Assembly: GCA_951406725.2 (NCBI GenBank)
Contig: OX597833.1
Location: forward strand, 62,000,001-62,064,000
DNA from: Octopus vulgaris
Taxonomy: Eukaryota
DNA: 64,000 bases
Direction: 5' to 3'
Below are positions 37,450 to 52,130 of the stretch, one piece after another. The notes under the pieces were generated by a model that was not told the origin of the DNA, made no database searches, and saw nothing but the letters and a program-made list of their open reading frames with translations. The translations under genes and the position numbers were made by a program. How positions within the stretch are numbered: position 1 is the stretch's first letter; every line of letters begins with the position of its first letter.

Positions 37450-39580
37450 TAGCAACACTTGTCCTAGCATCTGCCCACGGGCAAGACTGCCAGAAGAAGG
37501 ATAACTTCAATGGGACCCTTCAGCAGACTACCTCAACGACAACTGACAGTCACCATATTATTGTGGCTGGTGACTTCAATGGACACATTGGCCAACATGT
37601 TGACAGCTTTTGGACACATGCAGTGGCTATGGTTACGGTTCAAAGAATGCAGACGGTGTGAGGCTCCTGGAGTTCTGTGATGCAACTGAGCTAACCATAT
37701 GCCACATGCACTTTAGGAAGCCAGCCAACCAGACCCCAGCATCTACCGAACTGGCAAACACTCAAGTCAGACAGATTACATTCTCACCAGGAAACAGTTA
37801 GGAACTCTGTTGTAAATACCAAAACCTTTCCTGGTGAAGAATGCACCAAACATCATAGATTAATGTCTAGTGACATCAGAGTCGGTGCTTAGGCAGACAC
37901 AGAAATGAAAGATGAATTAGAGAAGGAAAATATGGAAACTAAAACATCTGGCAATTGGGAATAGATTTAGAGAAATTCCAATTGATGCATCTGACTGTAG
38001 AGAGGTAGACTCTCTCTCTTTATTCTTTTACCTGTTTCAGTCATTTGACTGTGGCCATGCTGGAGCACCGCCTTTAGTCGAGCAAATCGACCCCAGGACT
38101 TATTCTTTGTAAGCCTAGTACTTATTCTATCGATCACTTTTGCCGAACCGCTAAGTTACGGGGATGTAAACACACCAGCATCGGTTGTCAAGCGATGTTG
38201 AGGGGACAAACACAGACACACAAACTTATGCACACACACACATATATACATATACGACGGGCTTCTTTCAGTTTCCGCCTACCAAATACACTCACAAGGT
38301 TTTGGTCGGCCTGAGGCTATACTAGAAGACACTTGCTCAAGGTGCCATGCAGTGGGACTGAACCCGGAACCATGTGGTTCGTAAGCAAGCTACTTACCAC
38401 ACAGCCACTAGCGAAGATGGCTGGGAATTTCCATGAAATAACCTGCTTAAGGTCACAGATCAAACAAGAGGCTGGAGCAAAGTTCCAATCAAACTAAAAG
38501 TAACATGGTAATGAAATGATGAGGGTAAAGTAAGTAAAGACCCCTTTGGCCATGAATGACCATGGGACTGCACTTAGAAAGTTCCTCTCCAAGGCACAAG
38601 TCTGGGCAAGGTTGTTTATGGAAGGCCAGCAGTCGCCCATGCATACCAGCCTCCCCTCTCCACGCCATCAATGTTATCCAAGGGAAAGGCAAAGGCCGAT
38701 ACAGCTTGGCACCAGTGACATAGCAACTCATTTCTACAGCTGAGTGAACTGGAGCAATGTGAAATAAAGTGTCTTGCTCAAGAACACAGCACAATACACA
38801 GCCCAGTCCAGGAATCAAACTCACTACCTCGTGACTGTGAGCCTGATACTCTAACAACTGAGCCTACAGTGGTAAAGGGACAGAAATGGAAGACCTGGAA
38901 GGAAAGTAGTAGTAGGGAACTTGACCTAATGGCTGGGAAGGCAGCTACGACACAGGTGTGTTTGGTTAAAGGTGAGGCAGAAAGGCAGCGAGCTAGTAGA
39001 AACGTTAGCATGCCGGCAAAATGCTTTAGCAATATTTCGTCTGTCTTTAACGTTCTGAGTTCAAATTCCACCGAAGTTGACTTTGTTTTTCATCCTTTCA
39101 TGGTCGATAAATTAAGTACCAGTTACGCACTGGGGTCGATGTAATTGACTCAATCCCTTTGTTTGTCCTTGTTTGTCCCCTCTATGTTTAGCCCCTTGTG
39201 GGGCAATAAAGAAATAAGAAAGGGAGAGACTTACACATGTCCTGCAGTATGAGGGTCAGAGGCATGAAGGGTCGGAGGCATGAAGGGTCAGAGGCATAAG
39301 GGTCAGAGGCATGAGGGTCAAAGGCATGAGGATCAAAGGCATGAAGGGTCAGAGGCATGAAGGGTCGGAGGTATGAGGGTCAGAGGCATTAAGGGCTCAA
39401 GATGGCAAGGCGTTGTGTGAGAGAGAATCGAGATGTCATTGGTGCAAAGTGCATTTGGGGTGGTGAAGGCTTACTTGCCACTGATTTCGAAGACAAAAAA
39501 GTGGTGTAGGTGTGTTGTTATGAAAGGCTGCTGAGTGTGGAGAACACACGAAATAAAGAGCGGCTACCTCATACAGACCC
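37450..39580 (+). mobile_element. Decayed RTE-like LINE (apurinic endonuclease region) fragmented by SINE insertions
   Basis: IIVAGDFNGHIG, GYGSKNADGVRLLEFCDATELTI and QTDYIL motifs, with frameshifts. Confidence 0.75.
39250..39395. repeat. 15-16-bp tandem repeat (GAAGGGTCAGAGGCAT), about 9 units
   Basis: Direct reading. Confidence 0.9.
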
Positions 39581-40065
39581 TTATAGAGCAGTATTTCTCA
39601 ACCTTTTTGCCCTTGTGCACCCTTAAAGTAAATTACATGTCTCAAGGAACACCTGCACACAAAAAAAAATTATAAACAATACATACCAATACATAAATCT
39701 AGAGCAAAATTTTTTCAGAGGCTCTTAAAATACTATTGTAGAAATTTTACCCATCTTTTATCCCTCGTTTCCTAGTACAAAGTTGCCTCCTTGAGTTTGT
39801 AGTCATGCAAACTGCATGGCTGTGTCACTAGTGTTGCTGGTATAAAAAAAACACTAGTGTCAAAGCATATACTGCAGCACAAAGCCGTCCCTGGACCTGT
39901 CAGAGCTTGTCAAACCGTCAATATGGAACACAGACGTTAAATAATGATGATGATAATGAGGAGGAGGATATATATATACGTTGTGTTTGTGTGTGATCGT
40001 TAATTGGTCTACAAGCTACAAGAACGAACCTGGTAGAACCCATCTGTAAACAGTAAACCATGTTC

Positions 40066-40490
40066 GGCAATCTTTCGTCTCTAGTAGACCTTTCCGTCGA
40101 TTTCCGTAAATTTTTTTTTTTTTTTTTTACATATGGGCTTGCGGGAACTTTTGAAGTAATGAGAGCGAAGGAGACTAAGAGAAAGCGATTTTATGACGAG
40201 GGAAGTTCTTTTGAAGTTACCGTGCATGGCAAGCATTGATGTACATGTGTGTGTGTGTGTTTGATGGGGTGTGGGAGACAGACAGTATGTTGTGTAAGTG
40301 AAGTGCTTCTGTTAGTGTGTGTGAAGAGACAGAGTAATGTGTGAAAGAGAGAGATAACTGAAATTTTTTACTCGGTGTATGTGTATATGTATGTATATAT
40401 TACTTCAAAAGTTTCCGGAAGCCCATATGTAAAAAAAAATTTTTTTTTACGGAAATCGACGGAAAGGTCTACTAGAGACGAAAGATCGCC
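40066..40490. mobile_element. MITE with ~95-bp TIRs
   Basis: GGCAATCTTTCGTCTCTAGTAGACCTTTCCGTCGATTTCCGTAAA... mirrored at the right end; CCATGTTC at 40058-40065 and 40504-40511. Confidence 0.85.
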
Positions 40491-40858
40491 CCATGGGCAA
40501 TCTCCATGTTCTGTCCCTTTATCCTAGCTACACAGCAAAGAGAATATTAGAAACATTAAAAAAAATGCAGGCGTGGCTAGAAGCGAAAGTCGGCGGACGC
40601 TTTTCGTCTTCTACCATCCTTATCATCCTTATATCATCATCGTTCATCCCATTAATGTCTCTGTCTAGCCCTCAAGCTTCTCTCTGTGTGCTGCCCTTGT
40701 GGCAAATTTAATGAAATAAAGAAGCTTGCTTCCCAACCACATGGTTCCAGGTTCAGTCCCACTGCGTGACACCCCGGGCAATAGTCTTCTACTATAGCCT
40801 TGAGCCGATCAAAGCCCAGTGAGTGGATTTGGTAGACAGAAACTAAAAGATGCGCATC

Positions 40859-40904
<46 letters not shown>

Positions 40905-42559
40905 GTGCGTGTGTGTGTGTTTGTTTGTCCCCCACTATCGCTTGACAACCAATGTTGGTGTGTTTACGTCTCCCGTAACGTAGCAAAAGGGTCCGATAGA
41001 ATAAGTACCAGGCTTACAAAGAATAAGTTCAGGGGGTCGACTTCTTCGACTAAAAGGCGTTGCTCCAGCATGGCCACAGTCAAAATGACTGAAACAAGTA
41101 AAAGGAAATAAATGGAAGTTGGTTTGTTTGGTAGGTAGTTTCCAATCTGAAGATGACAGATTCCTGACAGATTCCCTTCCTCCCACACGTTACAAGGGAC
41201 CCTGGAGAAGGGGGGTCACAGATATTGGACCCCTTCTTTTTTCTGAATAAACTATGAAAATGAAAAAAAAAAGGGAAAAAAGGAAATTAAAATGAAATAC
41301 GGTTGCAAATATGTCGTCAATTGAAGAAGGTACATTACATTTTATATGCTGTGACATTTGAGATGTTTGAAGGAGCCGGAACATCGAACACTGAATTCTT
41401 CCCTTGTTCAGCGTTTTGTCTGAGACTCGTGAGAGACACAATGGCTCTAGCAACGTTCATAATTCTTTCAATATTTCGTCACTGCTTCCGTTTAATGAAG
41501 TTCTTCTACGAATTTTATTATCTGATTTGTTTCTTTTATTGCTTTAAATTTCGAATAGGAAACATTTTAAATCTTCAAACTGTAATTTTAGCACCGCGCA
41601 CACCATGGAGCTTTCTTTGTGGGTCGTTACGATTCTGTTAGAAATAGCAGCCGAATCTTGTTTCAATTCATACCAATTTTCTGAAGTCCACATTATTACA
41701 GATATACACTGTTTCTGAATAAAAGACGAAATGTTCACGGCTGGAATGGATTTATCCAGGGGTACCTGCTGGACATATCCAGGGGTACCTGCTGGAACAG
41801 GACTACAGAATTTCCCCACACACGTTTATATACATAGTAGGATGGATATGGAAGAAAAAAAAGACTTCCACAATGTTGAATTTCAACTCAAAACCAATGT
41901 TTGTTATCTTTGCTGTTTAACCTCGGGTCACATCACACAGACTTGCACACAAAAGACAATCCAGCCGTAACCATCTCGTCCTTGTTTTCAGACACGGTGA
42001 AGATTAATTTGATATAGATTGGTTGCTGCTATTTCTAGCATGTGAAGAGACCACATAGAGAGATTCTAGTTAGTTCAGTGTCAGAACTGTTAATATATAT
42101 ATATATATATACAAGATAAGAAAATGGGGAAATACATCTAAGTACATCGCAATCATTAACATTTATGTATTAATTTTGTTGGGTACTTCACTAGCAGTAT
42201 ATTGGATATATGTTATCCCATGGAGGGTTGTATTTACAACCCCTATCTCAATTTGTATATATATATATATATATATATAGATCATTCATTTTTATACTTT
42301 TTGATATCTAGTTATAAGTTATATGTTTTATAAAAATATATATTATTTATTATTTATGTTTTGGTTTATGTCTATCACTGTTTGAGTTGCATAATAGTGG
42401 TTTTATCTCTAATTTATATTTCATATATATATATATAAAGCACATAGCTAATTTTTTTTATACATCATATGTATAAATAGCTATCTATATTTACATATGT
42501 ATGTATGTGTGTACACATACACACATCTCTCTAAATAAATATTTTTTTTCTTTCACTAC

Positions 42560-42622
<63 letters not shown>

Positions 42623-42746
42623 GTTTATTTATTACCCACAAGGGGCTAAACATAGAGGGGACAAACAAACGGATTAAGACGATTACATCGACCCCAGTGC
42701 TCAACTGGTACTTAATTTATCATCCTTTCGGGGTCGATAAATAAAG

Positions 42747-42791
<45 letters not shown>

Positions 42792-43308
42792 TGTATATCA
42801 ATCTGTACACACACACAGTCTTGTTAATTTTTAGAGCTAAGGGTACATCATATTGCGGTGGTTAATTGACAAAACATTGACGATCCCTGGGACAAAAGCA
42901 GGTAAATATTTACATAGAAAGACAAACGGGAAACACATCAAAACTAGATTAACATCTGTCAAGAAACAATTAGTAATTATTATAATTATATCATTAGTAT
43001 TATTAGCGTTAATAATTATAATAACAGTGATAGATGTAATAAGACCACCAATCTCCCCATCAACCGAGTTAATAAACGAGAACAATTATCCTTTTCTGGA
43101 AGTCTTGGTGTTCAAATGGTTAATTATGATAAATTAGTTGATATTGAAATTTAAAAATATTAATTAATAGTTATAAATGGGGTAAATTTTCTTTGAGAAA
43201 ATTGGGGGAAAATGGCAAATGTGATCGGTTAATTAACAATGAAACTACGCAATATCCTTATAAAGACATATTTGCGCACACGCTCACAGCTTATATACAT
43301 ACACACAG

Positions 43309-43384
<76 letters not shown>

Positions 43385-45510
43385 ACGTATGTATATGTAT
43401 ATATTTATGAATATATATAATTAAATATGTGTGTATATATACATACACATACATACACACACACATAGGTTTGTTTCCCAATCAGATGGTTCCGGTTTCA
43501 GTCCCACTGCGTGGAACCTCGAGCAGGTGTCTTCTACTATAGCCTTGGGCGCCGGCCAAAGCCTTGTGAGTGGAAACTGAAAGAAGCCCATCGTACATAT
43601 ACCTTTCTTCGGGAATGGTATCTTGTCGGAGCTTGCCCCCTCTCCCCGCTTTTTGACAACCTGTGTTGGTGTGTTTACATCCCTATAATCTACCAGTTCG
43701 ACAAAAGCGACTGATAGAATATGTGCCAAGCTTTAAAAAATAAGTGGTGGGGTCGATTCACTTGACTAAGATTCTCCCAAGTAGTGCCCTAACATGGCCT
43801 TGATAAAAGGCACACACACACACACAATTTAAACAAAAAGGGAGCTAAGGAAAATAGTTCAGAGTGGACACTGATGTGTACTCGATCAACATAGACAAAT
43901 ACAAGTATATCAAATACCATACAATATAAATCCTTGATTTATTAAAATTATCTCCATCTCTAGATGATGAGTGATAATTACGAAATAGCAATTAAGCTCA
44001 GGTCCGCATGAGAAGGGGAGATAATCTCGAGAAACAAAACTTCTCCAAAACTGACATGCCATTTACAGAAAAGGACAGCCTCGTTGTCTAGATGTAAGTG
44101 GACAGTAGGGGACACATGTTTCTGACTTAATTGCTGTTATCACTGTAACAATTGTCCACCTTTATCTTCAGTGGCCAAAGAACCAAGTCCAGAAGCAAGT
44201 ATTAGATTTAAAAACCCATGATGTTGCACATAACAGGATTTTATTTGGCTGGGTAGCTATTTCCAACCTCAGTAATTGTTTACTGATGAAGGCGCGTGGC
44301 TTAGTGGTTAGGGGCATTCGGCTCACAATTGTAAGGTCATGAGTTCGATTCCGGGCGACGCATTGTGTCCTTTATTTCACGTTGCTCCAGTCCACTCAGC
44401 TGGCAAAAAGGAGTTGTACCTGTATTTCAAAGAGCCGGCTTTGTCACACTTTGTATCACGCTGAATCTCCCTGAGAACTACATTAGGGGTACGCGTGTCT
44501 GTGGATTGCTCAATCACTTGCACGTTAATATCGAGCAAGCTGTTCCGTTGATCGTATCAGCTGGGACCCTCATCGTCGTAACCGTCCTAATTGTCTACTC
44601 ACTTGTTTTCTATATATATATGTTTTTTTTTGTTTGCTCCTTCTCGAGCCATGCCTGGTTCATAAGGGCCGGTTTCTTGGCGTATAGGTTCCCCACCTGG
44701 ATAGGACACCGGTCCATCGCAGGTGAGCTGCAAGATGCAGGAGGAAAGAGTGAGAGAAAGTTGTGGCGAAAGAGTCAGCAGAATTTCGCCATTACCTTCT
44801 GCTGGAGCCGCGTGGAGCTTAGGTGTTTCGCTCATAAACACACACATCGCCTGGTCTGAGATTCGAACCCGCGATCCCTCGACCGCGAATCCGCTGCTCT
44901 AACCACTAGGCCATGTGCCTCCACATATATAGATGGTAACAAATTTCATCTAACCATGCTAGCTTTGAGTACACACTACTGAAAACACCCAGGGAGACAG
45001 AAATGCATCTGGCATTCTTAGTCACCATTGCTGGAATGATTTTCATCTCCCTCTGATATATATTGTTTTTAACACAGCACATCTATAAGAGACGTTATCT
45101 CTGGATGAATACCAATGTAAATTTGCCTATCACAATGTGGAGTGGCTGTGTGGTAAGTAGCTTGCTTACGAACCACATGGTCCTCAACTGGGGTCGGTAT
45201 GACTCTTGGGGGTCCATATAAGATTTTGTTATCTTAATACAACTGCTAATGATATTTGAGTATAAAATTAAATACATTGAATGGCTGTGGAGGCCCAGCA
45301 GAGTAAAATAGAAATCAAAGGGATCCATAGGTAAAAATTTTTTTTTAAATGGCTGAGAAGTGGCTGTGTGGTAAGTAGCTTGCTTACGAACCACATGGTT
45401 CCGGGTTCAGTCCCACTGTGTGGCACCTTGGGCAAGTGTCTTCTGTTATAGCCTCGGGCCGACCAAAGCCTTGTGAGTAGATTTGGTAGACGGAAACTGA
45501 AAGAAGCCTG

Positions 45511-45562
<52 letters not shown>

Positions 45563-46175
45563 ATGTATAAGTTTGTGTGTCTGTGTTTGTTCCCCCCACC
45601 ATCGCTTGACAACTGGTGCTGGTGTGTTTATGTCCCCCGTCACTTAGTGGTTCAGCAAAAGAGACCGATAGAATAAGTACTAGGCTTACAAAGAATAAGT
45701 CCTGAGGTTGATTTGCTCGACTAAAGACAGTGCTGCAGCATGGCCACAGTCAAATGACTGAAACAAGTAAAAGAGAGTTAGTGTGATACATAAATGGTTG
45801 GATGGCTGGCTACGCATTCATAGGAGAGCAACCATATCAATCATTTTCTCATAATACTAACTTAACAAGACACAAACTTATTCATAGAGGGGAGAAAGGA
45901 GAAGGGTAGTCCCTATAGTTTCTTGTTTGCTATATTTACTCTCTTTTACTTGTTTCAGTCATTTGACAGTGGCCATGCTGGAGCACCGCCTTTAGTCGAA
46001 CAAATCGGCCCCAGGACTTATTCTTTGTAAGCCTAGTACTTATTCTATCGGTCTCTTTTGCCGAACCGCTAGGTTACGGTGACATAAACACACCAGCATC
46101 GGTTGTCAAGTGATGTTGGGGGGACAAACACAGACACACATACATACATATATACATACATACATATATACATAT

Positions 46176-46208
<33 letters not shown>

Positions 46209-48479
46209 CATATATACGACAGGCTTCTTTCAGTTTCTGCCTACCAAATCCACTTACCCAAGGTGCCACACAGTGGGACTGAACCCGGAACCATGTGGTT
46301 GGTAAGCAAGCTACTTACCACACAGCCAATGGAAATTATGACTAAAATATTTCCAAAAATTTGAGATTTTTTCTTTTGTTTTTTGAAATATTCACCTCCC
46401 ACTCTTTTTTTTTTTTTGACCACTCATGCAGTTTCCTTTCCATGATGTAAGGACCTCTATACCAAATCTCCTCCTCCTGACTATCCTAGACATTATTATT
46501 TCCTGAATATCGCATCCTGTAATTACATCATTTTTATTGTTTATTGTATTTTAAATGCTTCACTCATTAAATCATCATCATCATCATCATCGTCATTGTT
46601 TAACGTCCACTTTCCATGCTAGCACGGGTTGGACGGTTCGACCGGGGTCTGGGAAGCCAGGGACTGCACCAGGCTCCAGTCTGATCTGGCAGAGTTTCTA
46701 CAGCTGGATGCCCTTCCTAACGCCAACCACTCCGCGAGTGTAGTGGGTGCTTTTTACGTGCCACCTGCACAGGTGCCAGGGGAGTCTGGAATCAACCACA
46801 ATCGGTTGGTGCTTTTAACGTGCCACCGGCACGGAAGCCAGTCAAGGCTGCACTGGCATCGGCCTCGTTCGGATGGTGCTTTTAATGTGCCACCGGCACT
46901 GGAGCCAGTCGAAGCGGCGCTGGCATCGGCCACATTCGGATGGTGCTTTTAATGTACCACCGGCACAGAAGCCAGTCGAGGCGGCGCTGGCAACGGCCAC
47001 GTTCAGATGGTGCTTTTTACGTACCACTGGCACAGGTATCACAACTACTATTTCCATTGATATTTATTTCGATGTTCATGAATATTTAATACAATAACAA
47101 AAGTAGAGACCTTCATACACAGCAATATTGTAAAGTTGTCAAATATTTTCATAAACAATGACTCCCTAGAACAAAACAAAACAGATCACAAAGGAAGAAC
47201 ATGAGGCATAAGTATAGTTTAGTGCCCCACACTGGATTGATTTCTTTTTAGTTTCTCAATAATGATTTCTTCAAATTAAACTTTACAGAGATAAATTTTC
47301 GAATGTCCAGATTAAGATTATTTGCATAAAATTGAGAATAAACATTTTGGAGGAGATTCTTATTCTCAACCCCACCCTGTTTTTGTCAACCTGCACTTCA
47401 GAACTCGGGAAAACCTACCAGCCACTTGATCAACTATGAATCTGGTGACACACAAGCCAGACTGGGGACATTCTCACTAGAAAACAGGGTAGGCAGATAC
47501 TTGTGAATGCACGGTTCTTCCTTGATAAAGAATGGACTTAACAACATGGGTTGGCAGTTAGTGATTTGAGACTTAGAGCTGGAAGGTCTAAGAGATTTCT
47601 TAGAAACTTAGGGATCCTTCAAACAGTTGGAGATGTCCTGCCACAGTCACCTATGTATATATAGGAGTGGCTGTGTGGTAAAAATCTTGCTTCCCAACCA
47701 CATGGTTCTGGGCTCAGTCCCACTGCGTGGCATCTTGGGCAAGTGTCATCTACTATAACCTCAAGCCAACCAAAGTCTTGTGAGTGGATTTGGTAGACAG
47801 AAACTGAAAGTAGCCGGTCGTGTGTATATATATATATGTATCGTGGCACTCCGTCAGTTACATATATATATACACACATATTTATGTATGTATGTGTGTG
47901 TGTGGGTTTGTCCCCACCACCATCGCTTGACAACCGATGTTAGTGTGTTTACATCCCTATAACTTAGCGGTTCAGCAAAAGAGACTGATAGAATAAGTAC
48001 TAGGCTTACAAAGAATAAGTCCTGAGGTCGATTTATTCAACTAAAGTCAGTGCTCCAGCGTGGCCACAGTCAAATGACTGAAACAAGTAAACGAATAAAA
48101 GAATATATATTTGTACACATATTTGTACACATAAGAGAACCATCCGAACGTGGCTGTTGCCAGCGCCGCCCCGACTGGCTTCAGTCCTGGTGGCATGTAA
48201 AAAGCACCATCCGATCGTGGCCGTTGCCAGCCTCGTCTGGCACCTGTGCCGGTGGCATATAAAAAGCACCCACTACACTCTTGGAGTGGTTGGCGTTAGG
48301 AAGGGCATCCAGCCATAGAAACATTGCCAGATCAGACTGGGCCTGGTGCAGCCATCTGGCTTCCCAGACGGCCAGTTGCACTGTCCAACCCATGCCAGCA
48401 TGGAAAGCGGACGCTAAACGACGACGATGATATATATATATAAACATATCCAAATGATTCGTTAGTGGTAGTCAATCTT

Positions 48480-48710
48480 TGTTACCTCAGAGGTGTTAAT
48501 TAGCAGGGAAGGTGGCTGCACTGGAAGTACAGCAGTCAGCATAAGAATGGGTTGGAAAAACCTCAGGGAGTTTCTACCACTGAAGGTAATAAAACGTTTT
48601 TTTCCCTTCAGAATGAAGGGCAGATTGTACGATGCATGTGTTAGAACTGCATGGTATAAAAGATGTGTGTCTTGGGTGTTAAGGACTTGAGAAAACTGGA
48701 AAGAAAACAG
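48480..48710 (+). mobile_element. RTE-like LINE fragment, region after the reverse transcriptase
   Basis: IRMGWKNLREFLPL...MKGRLYDACVRTA. Confidence 0.65.
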
Positions 48711-50569
48711 TTAGCATTTCAATCATCATCACCATCATCATCATCATCGTTTAACGTCCGTTTTCCATGCTAGCATGTGTTGGACGGTTCGACCGGGGTC
48801 TGGGAAGCCAGGGGCTGCACCAGGCTCCAGTCTGATCTGGCAGTGTTTCTACAGCTGGATGCCCTTCGTAACGCCAACCACTCTGTGAGTGAGTGCAGTG
48901 GGTGCTTTTTACATGCCACCGGCACAGGTGCCAGGGGAGGCTGGCAACGGCCACAATCGGTTGGTGCTTTTTATGTGCCAGGGGAGGCTGGCAACAGCCA
49001 CAATCGGTTGGTGCTTTTTATGTGCCACCGGCACAGGTGCCAGGGGAGGCTGGCATTGGCCACAATCGGTTGGCGCTTTTTATGTGCCACCAGCACGGAA
49101 GCCAGTCAAGGTGGCGCTGGCATCAACCACGTACGGATGGTGATTTTTACGTGCCACCGGCACAGGTGCCAGGGGAGGCTGGCAATGTCCACAATCGGTT
49201 GGTGCTTTTTACGTGCCAGGGGAGGCTGGCAATGTCCACAATCGGTTGGTGCTTTTTATGTGCCACCAGCACGGAAGCCAGTCAAGGTGGCGCTGGCATC
49301 GACCACGTACGGATGGTGATTTTACGTGCCACCGGCACAGGTACCAGGGGAGGCTGACAACGGCCATGATCAGTTGGTGCCTTTTACGTGCCACCGGCAC
49401 CAATGGATGTGCAATTTAAGTTGCATAAGCGACAAAGTATAGAGAAAAAATGGAGATGAGAGGAATCGGACGCAGAGTAAAAGAAAGGCATCCAGTTGTA
49501 GAAACATTGCCAGATCAGAGTGACATGTGACGTATATGAATGAGGACAGCTGTATAAAGAAATCATCATCATCATCATCATCATTGTTTAATGTTCGCTT
49601 TGCATGCAAGCATGGGTTGGACGATTTTGACTGAGGGCTGGCGAACCAGTTGGCTGCACCGGGCTCCAATCTGATCTGGCAGAGTTTCTACAGCTGGATG
49701 CCCTTCCTAACACCAACCAGTCCGAGAATGTAGTGGGTGCTTTTACGTGCCACCGGTACGGGGGGCCAGTCAGGCGGTACTGGCAACAACCTCGCTCGAA
49801 TGTTTTTACATGTGCCAGTAAGGCGACGCTGGCTAGTCACTAAATGTGGCTGGAGCTTGTGGGAGACAGAGATCCAGGGAGATGGATGAAAATGTGTAGG
49901 CTGATCTCTGAACCTCACAGAGCTATAGCTGGATCTATAGTGGAATTTGAGAGGAATTTCAGTTAAATTTAGAATCAAGGTAAATTTAGTAAAGACTAAG
50001 GTTATATTAAGCAGGAAAGAAGATGGCATTCTGGTTATCTTCAGGGAAATAGCTTTGCTTGTCATGCAGAAAAGGAGGATGTATAAAGCTGTTGTTTTTC
50101 CTTCTCGAGCCACGCATGGCTCATAAGGGCCGGTTTCCCGGTTTCCTCGGCGTATAGGTTCCCCACCCGGACGGGACGCCGGTCCATCGCTGGTGAGCTG
50201 CAAGATGCAGGAGGAAAGAATGAGAGAAAGTTGTGGCGAAAGAGTCAGCAGAAGTTCGCTTTTACCTTCTGTCGGAGCCGCATGGAGCCTAGGTGTTTCG
50301 CTCGTAAACGCACACATTGCCCGGTCTGAGATTCGAACCCGCGATCCCTCGACCGCGAGTCCGCTGCTCTAACCACTAGGCCATGTGCCTCCACTCTTCT
50401 TGTCGTTAACCTACCTTCAGCTGTTTTTTAAGTCAGGGATCACTAACACCATGCAGCTTTGAAGAGCCAATAACAGAAGTGACAACAGTAACACCATTCC
50501 TACATTGCAGCTTCTGCATAATCACAAATGTCAACAATGACAGACATGGGCAGACACGTTGGATGTTAT

Positions 50570-50965
50570 CCATCATCATCATCATCATTGTTTGACCGTG
50601 GTCGAGACAATGGAATTTACCATGCTACGCCAGACTTCACGGTCCATCATGGCATTACGGAGGTCCTGTTGCTGGATGCCTGTATCCCTGGAGATTACAT
50701 CAGGGTAGGAGAGTGTGCGCCCTCTGGTATTGCGAGTAGATGGCTTCCAGAGGAGAAGAGTAGAAATTACCTCATTTTCAGCTCTACAACAATGTCCAGC
50801 AAACTGGACTCTCCTACCTTTCACAAGAGATGACACAGGTGGTAGTTTCCCATATATTTGCATTTTGGTTGGATGGCGCTTCCACGAGAGATTTTGAGCT
50901 CTCATAAGGAGGCGAGTGTAGGTTCCATCCAACCGCCTCTCAAACTTCTTTGATAACGTCCATAG
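50570..50965 (-). mobile_element. RTE-clade LINE 3' end with (GAT)n tail
   Basis: Open frame LDGTYTRLLMRAQNLSWKRHPT...RRVQFAGHCCRAENEVISTLLLWKP, followed by a (GAT)n tail. Confidence 0.8.
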
Positions 50966-51349
50966 TCTCAGTTGGTCATAATGGGGAATCCAGCCATATG
51001 GAAGAGGAGCCTAAGGACTCGACCCTATGACTGGCAGGAGACCTGGAGGTAGACCAAGAATGAGATGGTTGAATAATACTCATGGTCTCAGTAAATGTAT
51101 TCTCAGGAATCCAGAAAGTGTAATGACAGCTGCTTCTGAGAGGACCCTATGGAGGAGGTGCCTGAGGGCTCTATCTCCATGATACTCCCAGGAATAGTGG
51201 GTGGAGGAATGGATGTATGAATGGGATGTTCCTGGGTTATGTGAAAAATAACACTTATAATATTCCAAGTACTACCCTAAGAACTGAACCCTGATTGACA
51301 CCTACCTGCATGCCAAATTCCTCACTGAATTCTAAGTCAACTGCCACAT

Positions 51350-52130
51350 AGCTGATAGTATCTCTGTACGCAGATTTCACAGCTCTCACAAGCCATTCAT
51401 CTCCAAAAAGGGTTCACAGCAACCACTAGACTTCATAGTGTTGAACCTTGTCAAAGACATTCTCCAGGTCAACCAATGCTAGGTAGAATGGCTTGTGGAG
51501 TGACTCAGAACTGTAAGTGCTCCACTAGGAAAATTGTACCAGTAATAACCTGTCCTGGTACAACAAACTCAAGCTGCATCTCAAATTAACTATTTTTCCC
51601 TCTAAATTGGTCATGTTATAACTTTTTTGTTACCTTCATAATCTGGGCCAACAGTTTGATATCTGCTAAGCTTCCTCTTGGTCTTCCATGAAACCGCTGA
51701 TGATGACATTGTGACAGTCAGTGGATACAATCCACTTCTACTGAACCTAACCAACAATCTGCGCTTAGGGCAAGTTCTACTTGGCCACAGCTTTTCCCTG
51801 TCTACTTGCAACAATAGCTCTTTCCAATGTAGCTTCCATGTTCAGCAAACTCTCACGCTAATGTTTCCAAGTTTTTTTTTTAACCTTTTTGTTTCCATAT
51901 TCTAGTTGAAATACACAGCATTGGTTCCAAGGAGGGGAATGACAAAAGACTGAGATGAATCCCAATTTGCCATGCTCAAGAACACTCATCTTTCACAGCA
52001 AAAATGAAGCCCCCAAGAACATACCAACAATGTCTATTTCCCCCTTGCACCTAATCCGTACCTGTCAAATCTTCCCAGCAACACCTTTTCATAACATACA
52101 CCTCTTCCTCACTCTTCTGACTGTGGTACT
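51350..52130 (-). mobile_element. Highly decayed RTE-like reverse transcriptase fragment
   Basis: Minus strand FYLALVDLENVFDKV resembles the RT F(V)DLEKAFD motif; many stops. Confidence 0.5.

Noticed and set aside
41311-41335. Plus-strand ATG TCG TCA ATT GAA GAA G|GTACAT as first exon of a nested gene
   Set aside because: No downstream coding exons found on the plus strand
44850-44924. tRNA-like sequence (also 22030-22100, 50320-50394)
   Set aside because: These are SINE heads continuing into shared SINE bodies, with no convincing acceptor stem
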